Under the pieces are notes generated by a model. It saw only the letters and a list, made by a program, of their open reading frames with translations, was not told the origin of the DNA and did not search any database. Made by a program: the position numbers and the translations under genes. Below, in pieces: positions 13,901 through 23,800 of a stretch of DNA of 64,000 bases. Source of the stretch: Lama glama (lineage: Eukaryota); the NCBI GenBank assembly GCA_028534125.1, contig CM052842.1, positions 310,001-374,000 of the forward strand. Reading direction: 5' to 3'. How positions within the stretch are numbered: position 1 is the stretch's first letter; the number at the start of each line of letters is the position of its first letter.

Positions 13901-14481
13901 GTAGGAGGAATAGGCGTTCTGGATCATGTGTCAGAGGCTCGGCCACCAGCTGGCACCTGCCAGGTCCCTCCCTTCCAATGAGGTCAGGGGCACCCCAGCA
14001 TCTCTCGGACGGCAGCGATCCCTCTTGGCCCCAGGGACGCAGCGTTCCCGACGCACGAACAGCACCTACCGACCAGGCCGGTCAGCTCGGTCCACAGTTC
14101 TCCTGTGGTCTGGTCAGAACGGCGGCGGCCAGGCTTGCAGCGGGTACTCTAGGGAGGGAGCAGAGAGAGCCCCTGAATAGAGGCCAAGTAGCCTGTGGGG
14201 CTCCCTGTCCCCAGGGACTGAACCGAGGGGTTGGAGCTGGGGTCTGAGCTTCCAACACCAGAGACGAGGTCCTCCGCACGGCCCCTCCCCCGCGTCAGTG
14301 CCCTGGGACCTACGCTTTGCGGGCCTGCAGAACGGTTCTCAGGAAGGGGGTCGCCTGCCGAGCTGCGCCCGCCCCCGCTCACCTGGGAGGGGTTCCCAGG
14401 GACCTTGGCCGCCGCGGCCCCGCCATCCCTGCGAAAGAGGCTGTAGAAAATGTAGATCAGCAGCGAGTAGAAGGCGTACAT
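7938..14481 (-). CDS. KIFC2: Kinesin-14 family C-terminal motor KIFC2, 783 aa
   Basis: 18 coding exons: 14481-14383, 14148-14070, 13885-13734, 13609-13471, 13304-13180, 13098-13033, 12958-12830, 12451-12374, 12258-12144, 12066-11957, 11520-11412, 11299-11142, 9372-9268, 9185-9064, 8973-8850, 8757-8628, 8538-8282, 8192-7938. N-terminus [16 protein letters not shown], coiled coil, neck [16 protein letters not shown]-loop GQTGTGKT, switch I SSRSH, switch II DLAGSE. Confidence 0.97.
9640..9785. mobile_element. MIR SINE fragment in KIFC2 intron 12
   Basis: GGTTCAAATCCTG...GGCAAGTCACTCAGCCT...TGTTATGAGGGTTAAGTG...GCACCCAGCACA. Confidence 0.6.
10140..10330. mobile_element. Degenerate L2 fragment in KIFC2 intron 12
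   Basis: GATGTGTTGAATTGGAGGGCC...ATCCAGAAGACAGTGGA resembles L2; boundaries approximate. Confidence 0.4.
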
Positions 14482-15350
14482 GGGAGTGCGGGGCGGCAGA
14501 GGGCCCCGCTTCGCGCCGCCCCGCGTCCCCGCGCCCCAACTCCGCACCCGCCCTCCGCAAAGCCGGTGCGCATGCTCCGGCGGCCGCCCCCTCGGCCCGG
14601 TTCCCGCGGGCGGAGGACGCGCGCCCGAAGAAAGGCGGCAAGAGACAGTCGTCCCCGGGGCCGCCACCCTAATAAGCGGAGACCTCGAGCTGAGAACGCT
14701 ACGGCCTCGCACCCGCTCTTCTAGAATCCCTACCAATCCTCTGCGAGGAACCCCCACGCGGCGGTACCGGCTTCGAGTTTTCCGCTCGCGGGTGTCCAAC
14801 TCCAGCTCCCGCAGGCTCCTTCCTCGGCCCCTCCCCTCAGGCCCCGCCCCTCCCCTCACAGCCCCGCCCCTTACTGCCCCTCCCCTTACCGTCGCGCCCC
14901 CGCCCGTCACCGCCCCTTTCTCGGCTCCTCCCCTCACTGCAGACCACCGGGCTAACGTGCCGTCCAGGGTGCAGAGACCCCTCCTCCTAGCCCCGCCCAC
15001 ATCCTACTACCGGGTCTCTCGATCGTCCACGCCCGCGGCTCCCCGGCCCCGCCCCCGGCCACTCTAGCCTCCGCTCCTCTCGTTGGTTGGCGCGGGGTCG
15101 CCGCAGGCCGGACGCGGGAGGCGGGGCGACAGCGGGAGGGCGGCGTGGTGGGTTGGTTTCGGCCTCCGCATCGCCGCTGCTTTCGGGCCGCGCATCTCAG
15201 GGTTCTCTGAGTTCCTGCGCGGTCGCCCCTTCTGGACTGGTTCCGAGGACGGCGTCTCCCAGAGCGCAGAGACTAGGCCAAGTCGGCCTCCGCGCCCCTC
15301 TCCTCAAGGCCCTGCGCCCCCACTTGGGTTCCAGGACGCCAGAGCTCACA
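14200..15350. promoter_or_regulatory. Bidirectional CpG island promoter shared by KIFC2 (-) and TMEM276 (+)
   Basis: CpG-dense region between divergent starts (KIFC2 ATG 14481, TMEM276 ATG 15609); NRF1-like TGCGCATGCT 14567-14576; many GC boxes; probable TMEM276 5'UTR intron 15148-15603. Confidence 0.85.
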
Positions 15351-15608
15351 CCCACCCAGCCTAGGCCCCGAGCCGCATTTTCCCTTCTTTTCCTGGCCGA
15401 TTTACGTTTTTCCCCACGGTTGTGTCCAGTGGCCTCAGGGCTCCGAAGAGTTTTGGTTGAGCCTTTTCCAATACTTAGAAACGGGGCTCTGGAACCTGGG
15501 AGTCCTGGAGAGCCGCCCTTAGGTCTCCCAGTCGCGGCCTCTACGCTCTTTTTCTCCAAAGTTGAGGGTCCCTTTCCTGTCCCTCAAATCACTACCGCCC
15601 CAGGTACC

Positions 15609-16387
15609 ATGGCCCCCAGGCCATGGGGCGAGTGGAGCACCGCCCTGTCCCACCTGGCGCTGGGAGCGGTGTCTCTGCATGCTGCCGTGAGCACTGCCCA
15701 GGTGAGTACACTGGGGCTAGGCAGGAGTGTAGCCCACTCCCAAACCCCAAGAACCTAGACTGTCCCCTGGTTCAGGGAGAGGGTGGTGGGAGGTAAGTAT
15801 GGGGGCCAGGCTTCTGTGAGACCCCACCCCCCACCCCTCCCTGCTTAAAGGAACGCCCTGGCCTCTTTTTCCCACATTTCCTCCCTTCCCTGTGTTGACA
15901 GGCAAGTCGAGGGGCCGCTGCTGGCTTCCTGCTCCAAGCGTTGGCCGCGGCCACCATGCTGGTTCCAGGGCTGGGCACAAATGAAGACCATCCTGCTGGA
16001 GCCTGGGTGGCTACTGTCATCGGCCTGCCCCTTCTGGCCTTCGATTTCCACTGGGTGAATGGGGACCGCTCCTCTGCCAACCTGCTCCTGGGAGGAGGCA
16101 TGGTGCTGGCAGTGGCTGGTGACCACCTTGGTGCCGAGGGCCGCTCTGTGGCTGGTCAGGCAGTGGTGCTGGTGGTCGCAGTGACCATCCTCATTGTGGC
16201 TGTTTTCACGACCAACACTTACGGAATGTGGGGGGGTGTGATGCTGGGTGTTGCAGGCCTCCTGAGCCGGCTGGAGGAAGACAGACTGCTGCTGCTGCCG
16301 AAGGAGGACATCTGCTGCTGGGCCCTGGCCGCAGGCAGCTGGGCCTACCACCGGGCTCTACACAGACAACGCCTGCAGTGGGAGTGA
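15609..16387 (+). CDS. TMEM276: Transmembrane protein 276 (formerly the short CYHR1 isoform), 192 aa
   Basis: Exons 15609-15701 and 15902-16387; Kozak ACCATGG; MAPRPWGEWSTALSHLALGAVSLHAAVSTAQ ASRGAAAGFLLQ...; several hydrophobic segments; ends LQWE. Confidence 0.92.
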
Positions 16388-16667
16388 CATTGGAGATAGC
16401 AAGGCAGGGTTTCTGCTCTGGCTACCACGTTCGCCTCTAACGGGCCTGCTCCTGGGGCCTTCTTCCCTAGGGATGGACTCTCCTTCTTTCTGAAGCCGGC
16501 TTGCTGCAGTGACTGGTCAGGGTGGCAAAGGCTGGGCACTGTCTCCTTCTCTGGCTGAGTGTGAGGACTTGCTTAGACCAGAATGAGGGGAACAACATCC
16601 CAGGCACGTTTGGGGGCCTGATTCTGGGCAGGCCATGGTTGTGGGTCTAGAGAGATGCTCGGTCTCC

Positions 16668-16673
16668 AATAAA
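16668..16673 (+). terminator. TMEM276 poly(A) signal AATAAA
   Basis: Canonical hexamer about 280 nt after the stop. Confidence 0.8.
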
Positions 16674-17870
16674 CCTTAGGGACTTAGTAGGAATATGGAA
16701 TATGCCCATTCTTGAGAGGGAGTGAGGGGTCCTCCAGTAAGCTTCCTAAGGCTCCCAGGGCAGCAACTGGTTTTCCTGAGCAAAGGAAGGCATGCGCAGT
16801 GCACTACAACCAGCCCTGGGGCCTCACCCAGCTTGGCCTGCCAGCACCTTTGTCAGGAAGGCCGCTGGACTGAGAAGACATAGGAGACCTTGCTCTCCTG
16901 GGATGTGGTGGAGCCTCGTTCTGAATATCCTTGCACAGTCTGGCAGGTGGCCCTCTGAGGCAGTGACCTTCATGGGCCAAAGGCCTGGTGAGGGAGGGAG
17001 GGCCGTACCACATCTGTTCCCAGAAATGCACTTTCCCTCCCAGGGCTGACTCTACCTCCACCCGTTTGCCCTCTGACCCATGCAAAGCAAGTCCTGATTT
17101 CCTAAGACCTCACTTTTCTCAGTGAACCCCTACTCAGGTCCCAACCACAAGGTTAGGCAACGGGATTGGGCCAAGCAGGGGGTTAGATTCCGGGTCCAGA
17201 GCTCTCCCTTGGGGAATCCCTGCGCTTGCGTCCTGTGGAAACACATCTCATCCCGCATAGGAGGGAGAGGGTGGCCCGCGGGGTTTCTCGCACCTACGAG
17301 CCAGGTCGGAATTCCGCGCGCGCAAGCCTGCATGTCGGAGGACAAAGGCGCAGACACACCCGGACGCGGGGGTCTGAGGCTGCCTTCCGTTCCTGGGGTC
17401 CCAAGGCGTGTGATCGTTGTCCGGGACTGGTGGGAAGCGCAGCGCTCACCCGAGACCCCAGAACTTCCCCGCCGGGGCGAGTGCCCCTCCACCGGTCGCC
17501 TGGGGCCCCGCCCACTTTCTGCAGGGGTGGGCCTCCGCGCGCCCATTGGTTCTGGCCGCCGCGCCGTCTTGCCCGCTCGGTACTCCAATTGGCCTTGCGC
17601 AGCTCACGTGACTGGGAGAACGAGGGGGCGGTGGCGGCGGCGGCGCCGGAGCTGGGGAGCGCGCAGCGAAAACAAAGATGGCGGCTGCGCCGGGGTCGGT
17701 GGCCTCGGCGGCTGCGGGGCGACGCGCGGGCCGGACCCACTGAGGCGGCGGAGCAGGGAGCAGGGCTGCGGGGTCGCGGCGGCGGCGAGAGGGCGGCGGG
17801 AGCGCGCGGCGCCCCTAACCTCCAGCCGCGGGAGCGCGCCGGCACCCGCCCGCCGGGCCGGCCGGCCGCG

Positions 17871-20800
17871 ATGTCCGGCGCGGAGGAGGCCGGCGGGGGC
17901 GGCCCGGCCGCGGGGCCTGCCGGCGTCGTGCCGGCCGGGGCCGGGGTCGGGGCCGGGGCCGGGGTCGGGGCCGGGGCCGGGGCGGCCGCAGGGCCGGCGG
18001 CGGCGCTGGGCGAGGCGGCGGGGCCCGGGCTCCCAGACGAGGCGGGCCTGGCCGGAGCCCGGCAGCTGCAAGAAGCGGCCGGCGACCCCGACGCGCCGCC
18101 CAAGAAGCGGCTACGGGCGGCCGAGGCGGCCGAGGCGGCGGCGGCGGCGGCGGCGGCGGGCAGCGGGAAGCTGGAGGAGCGGCTCTACTCGGTTCTGTGC
18201 TGCACGGTCTGCCTGGACCTTCCCAAGGCCTCCGTGTACCAGGTAGGGCCGCCGGCCCGACCCCGACCCGGCCCGGCTCCAGCCCCGCCGCGGCCGGCCC
18301 CCAGGCACCGCGTCTCCTCGGAGGCCAGGCCCGAGCCCTGGGGCCCAGCGGTGCGACTCTGGTGCTTATTCGGAAGCTCCTCATTCTCTTCCTCTCAGGA
18401 CTTTCTTGTTTCTTGTTCGGAACCCTATTTTTTTCTTGTTTGACTCCCATTATTTCCTGAGATGCCTCTTCTCTTTTCAGGTCCCCTGCTGGCCCCTCCT
18501 CAGCACTCTCCAGTCCTCACGCTGACCCCAGGGAAAGCTGGTGACACATCCCCACGCTCCTCCCCACCCTCCCCACCTCCGGGCGTGACCCCCTCATTCC
18601 TGAGCTCCTGGGCTCTAGGAGCCCTGGTCTTCCCTCTTCATCAAGAGCTGCTTTTCTCTTCCTTGGCATACACACCTCCCAAACGTGTCCTCGTGCGCAT
18701 TCTGTACCCTTTTATTCTCGGGGGCAGAAGGACCTGCTTCACCTTGCCATTTCTTTCCAGAAGAACGTTGAAAATGTAGGGAAATACCTCTTTTCCTGCC
18801 CTTTCCCTTCATTCCTGGTCTGGATGAACCATTTGCATCAAGCCCCCCAGCTTGGGTCCCTTCTCCAGCCCCAGCACAGTCCAGCTCCTTCTGGGCATGC
18901 TGGGCCTCGGGCTAGGCTCCTGTCACATCCCACCTCACCCTGGCCAGACCTGTCTTCCCGGGCTACCAGTGCTTCAGGAGGTCTGTCCACTTTCCTTCTA
19001 TATGAAGGTCCAGCATGGTGGCTGGACTCAGAGTCCTTAACCCACTCGGGGCCGTCGAAGGGGGTGTTTGGTCCAGGTTGCTCTTCCGTGTGCACCATAT
19101 AGCCACAGGGGCCACACTCTGGTCCCAGGGCCAGTGTGCAGTGTCCTGCCTTCTCTGTTGTCTGTCTCCAGCTCAGTCTCTCCATCTCTGATAACCCTTC
19201 CCTCCAGAGCCCCTTAGAAGAATGAAACAATACCCTATCACCTTTCTTTGCATTTATAGAAGTTGGGCACGGCTGTTGAAGCCTTGTCCCTCTCTTATAC
19301 TCACATTGGGGGCTGTGAGTGAGAGAGACCTGTTGTAAACAGCGCAGAGTTAGTCTGGATTGCCCTTTCCCCAGCCTCTGGATCTCCAGACCCGTCCCAC
19401 TCTGGTATAAGGTGGCTTGCTCAGGAGGCTTCCAGTGCACCTGGGTGATGGAGAGAGGAAGGAAGGGGCATGGGCGGGGAAGTGGGTTGAGTTCCTTGGA
19501 GAGAAGACACAGGCTCTCAACCTGCCCCCCTGTGCTTTGGGACGCTCCTGGCCAGAGGCCTCCTGGCCCAGCATGATGGGGTAGGGCTTCTCATAATGCC
19601 TTATGGGTGCCCCTCAGAACTTGTCCTTTCTCTGGCTTCTTTTTTCCTTGCCCATGATCCTGCCAGGTGGAAGAAATCTTTCTTGGGCCTTGGATGAGAA
19701 TCTAGGAAGCCAAGCTAGTGGTTGCAGGGTGGGTGGCATAGGGGAATTGGGGTTCTCCTCATCTCCCCTCCTGTGAGTGGATTGGAGCTGGACCTGACAT
19801 GATAACAGGCCATGTGGTGCCGGCTCTTGGGCCGCTCAGCACAGAGAGCTGCAGCTTTGCCTCTGGAGCTGTGGTGGCTGGGCCTCTGAGCCTGGCTGGT
19901 TTAAACCGGCCCGCACTGAGCTGGGAGCTGAGCTCAGACTGGAGGCAGGCGGCTGAGCAGCTGTGATGGAGAGTGAAGGCGCTGGGGCCACCTGACCCAT
20001 GGCCTCTCTCATGGCCTCGTGGGCTCTGCATAGTGGCTTCCCTGGGAATAGGCCTGCTGAGTGAAGAGAGCCCACTGGTGCTGAGCTGTGGGTTCTGGCA
20101 CCGGCCTCTGCCCCACTCGGGGCCTTGGCAAGGGGTTGCTCCCCTCTCGTTTCCAGAGGCTTGGAAAAAGCTTTAGAACGTTTGACCAGCAGGAGAGCCC
20201 TCAGTTCTGGAAGGGTTGGCTGGAGCCCTGCTATGAGGCAGAACTCACTTGGGCTGCTGGAAGACCTGCCACGGGTCAGGGCCACGTAGGTTGTGGATGC
20301 TCTGCCGTGCCTGTGCTGGAGCCTGGGTGTGAGGGGCCTGAGGGAGGGCTGGGGGAACAAGGGAAGGCCTCTCAGTGGCTCCCTGCTGCATGCAGTGTTC
20401 TGTTTCACCATCCCTGCCAACCTGGTTGGGGACGTGAGGGCGGGGGTCGGGATGGACCTGGAGGCCCGCACCACTGCCTGGTTGCCATCAAAGCTAGGTT
20501 TGCTCCCGGGAGGATCAGGTCAAGGATGGCATGGGCTCCACTGCCGGCCATCACTCCTTGGCCTGGGCTCAGCCCCTCCACTTCTGCTGGCGTCCTCTGG
20601 TGAGTCATGTGAACTGGTTGTCTGTGGTGGGCTGGCCTCAGGATGTGGTGTGTTTTGCTCTCTGTTCCTACTGGCAACGGTTTGCCTGACCCCACCAGGA
20701 CATGCGGCTCAGGGCGGGCAGCAGCCATGCGGTGCATCTGAGGGCAGTTTCAGATGGTGCTCAGTTATAGGGTGAGGGGAAGAGCCAGTGGCCATGCTGA

Positions 20801-23800
20801 GCCCTGTGTACTGTGCCTGGCACTGGGGCCGAGGGAGACAACTCTCTGGGCCTCTGGGGGTGGCTGGGTGCATAGTTAGCTTGAGAGCTTGCTGTCTGGC
20901 CCCCAGACACCACCCTGTGCCTCCAGAGCAGCCTTCGCGAGGTGAAGCAGACATGGCTGCACGGTTGGGCTTGTTCCCCTACGCCCTAATCCGAGCCCCT
21001 GGCCCCACGGTGTCGGCTCCCCACATGCCGTGCACATCACACCACCTGGGTTGGGAAACTGTCTCTGGGGTCAGACCAGGGCACTCATGCAAATGGTTCT
21101 TCCAGTGGCCTGTGTTAGGTCAGGCTTGGTCAGGACTACAGCAGGCACAGCAGGTGTTGGCTTTGATGTTCTCCGTGTGGGTGTTAGGTATGTCCTTGAT
21201 GACTGGCCTGACAAGGTCTGCAGCCACCTTCCAGAGTCTTGGGTGGGCATGCAGCAGGCTACCAGGCAGCGGTAGGAAGGCTGGAGTTGTGGCAGGGACA
21301 CTCAGACAGGAGTTCAGTGCTGGAGCAGTTGGTGGGCAGCTTGTACTGGCCCCTGTTCTGAATGCAGGCAGTGTGATCTGGTTCCTCTGCCTTCTTTAGG
21401 GGAGGCCCAGCCTCAGTTGATGGTGCCTGAAGTGTTGCAGCCACAGCCTGATCCCTGACACTGACACCCCTCCCAAGCTCTCTCCCAGCCCTTCACACAA
21501 GGCCCAATGTGTCTTCCATGAGACAAACCTGGCCTTGACCCTACTGGTGTCAGCCGAGGCTCTGAGCTGTGGTCCAGACTCTCCCACCCCGACCTAGTTC
21601 TCAGCCAGGAAAGCTCCTTGTGACACCCATCAGTGGAGGAGTAGTCAGGGTTTCTCTGTCATAGAATGTGGCACCAACTGGCCTTCCGGCCCCTCTGCCC
21701 ACCGCTCCTGGGCTCAGTCCTGGGCCCTGCCCCTCCAGCCCATTGATCCTGTGCCTTTTCTGCCCAGTGCCCTCTCCCTTTCCCTGCCCACTCTGTCCTC
21801 TTCCTTGTGGCCCCAGTGAGGTGCTGTGGTGGTCTTTTCTCCTGGCTGCAGGATACCTGTCCCATCCTACCAGCCTGGGGCACTTGCCACTGTGCCCAGT
21901 GGGAGGATTGGGGATGACCTACTGTACCTCCCACCCCTAAGGTCCCTTCCCCCCCAGGACTCGGCTCAGCCCGTTGGGCTGGTTACCTGATCGGCAGTCA
22001 CATTGGTAAAAGGCCCAGAAAGCAGAGGAGGCCCTGGCCAATGTGGGCACATGCCTTGGGGAGCCTCCAAGCACACTTTCTTGGCGTCTGTCAGCCTGCC
22101 TGGTACTGCGGGCTCCGGTCAAAGTGATGTTTAAGAAATCTCTGATGGGGCTGCCCACCCACAGGACCTGGAATCCTCTTCCCCAGCTCCGAGACTATGG
22201 CTGGCTCATGCTTTGAGATGAAAAAGGTAGCAGAAAAGAGCTTTGAAAATGTATTTGCTTAGCTATCCAAAACAAGGACAGAGAGGAGAAATTTTCTGGA
22301 CTCTGGCTAGAGGAGAAGTGTCTTTGTGGTGGATGTTTGTCATTTGAGTTACCTTTCAATCTGGGCAGCACTTAGGTCCTGAGCAAGAACCTGACTCTGC
22401 GGGTTTGACTGGTCCCCACCCAAGTCCTGGCCCTCCGGGTGGCGTGACATGAGAACCACTGGCCCAGGACTTCACACTCAAAACCTGTGCAGGGTTGGAG
22501 TCCTGGCTTCACCTGAGATAGCCGTGCATCTTGGACACTGCATGGTCCCTTCTTGGTTCCTTAATGAAAGAAGGAGGTTGAGGAAACCTCGGGCTGAGCA
22601 TGCAGAGTGTGGGGTGCCATGCGGCCCTCTTGGGCACGGAGCCTGCCTTTAGTGATAAAGAGTAGAGTATGGGGGGGAGCAGGGTCTGAGGCATTCCAAG
22701 CCTGAAAGGCCTACTGATTGAGGACCTGGCCCCCAGAAGCTGGGGACATTTTCTAAGAACTGCTTTTGTCCCAAGACCTGATGGCTAGGGCTCCTCCTCA
22801 GGAGTCCAGATGATTCAGCTCCCGCAGGGGAGAAGCTGGTTCAGATGGAGACTCCGGGCACGCACAGCCTGGGTGTCCATTAGCTGCCTGTGGCCAGGCA
22901 GACAGAGGGACTGCTGGGTGATGTCCTATGCGGGCAGGTACAGATGCCCACTTCTGGGCCATTTGCAGAGGGGCTTGGCTGGGGCTGGAGAACCCAAGGG
23001 TAGGGGGGTGTTGTTGAAATCATAGACTTGTGCCTGGAGTTCTTTCTGAGGCTCTGCAAGCGGGGGGGATCTGCTGGGTGATTACCAGGGAGGACAGTAG
23101 CCCTGTGCCCTCTGTGTGCTAGGGGCCAAGCTGCAGTGCTGCTTACATTGTCCCATCCCACCTCTTCAGCACGTAATAAGACTGGTCCTGTCCTCGCTGC
23201 TGTTTGTGCGTGAGGAAGTTGAAGGTCTGTTAGGAAGGTGACCAGCCTGAAGTCATGCTGCTGGAGACCTGTGGGTCTAGCCATCATCTGTGCTTGGAGG
23301 GCCTGGAAGGCCCTGCAATGTTGTCCTGGGTTGTGGAGCCCCTCTCCCTACTCCTCCCTGTCACAGGGGTCTTCCCGCAAGGCGGTGGGAAGATAGCCTG
23401 GCCTGCACGGCAGGACCTGCTCTCAGGGGCCCAGGCTCTTGGGGGCTTGGCCCTAGCGTCTAGTAGGGCACTCGGGCCTGCCCTGGCTGGTGCTGTCCAT
23501 CAGAGGCTTGGTGTGCGACTGGTGCCAGGCAGAGTTTTCTAGGGCCCAGCTTCTGGCTGGGCAAATCGGGGCAGGTACTAGGGCAGGACTGTACCGTCCA
23601 GCCCAACCTCTTCAGGGATGGCTCTGTGCTGCCCTGGGCTAGGTCTGCATTGCAGAGTTGGGTCTTGCTTGGGAGGCCAGGGGGCCTGGCTGGTGGGGAA
23701 GGCTACTGAGTATGGTGACTATCTACTATGGACAGATCACCTGGGCTGGGTGTCTGCTGGGGCCATGGCAGCCACCTGGTGACCACCCAGAGAGCGTCCC

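Larger units (their letters stand above)
17250..18400. promoter_or_regulatory. ZFTRAF1 CpG island promoter
   Basis: ATTGG 17545-17549, palindromic CCAATTGG 17585-17592, E-box TCACGTGAC 17604-17612, YY1/TISU-like AAGATGGCGGC 17675-17685. Confidence 0.85.

Noticed and set aside
13417-14247. 276-aa plus-strand ORF antisense to KIFC2
   Set aside because: Non-ATG start, no domain-like content, explained as the antisense of GC-rich exons.
17122-18450. Several 200-400 aa overlapping ORFs on both strands
   Set aside because: CpG-island shadows rich in Arg/Gly/Pro/Ala; only 17871-18242 is supported as coding.
22187-22226. Possible 40-nt cassette exon in ZFTRAF1 intron 1
   Set aside because: Weak donor (AAG|GTAGCA) and no other support.
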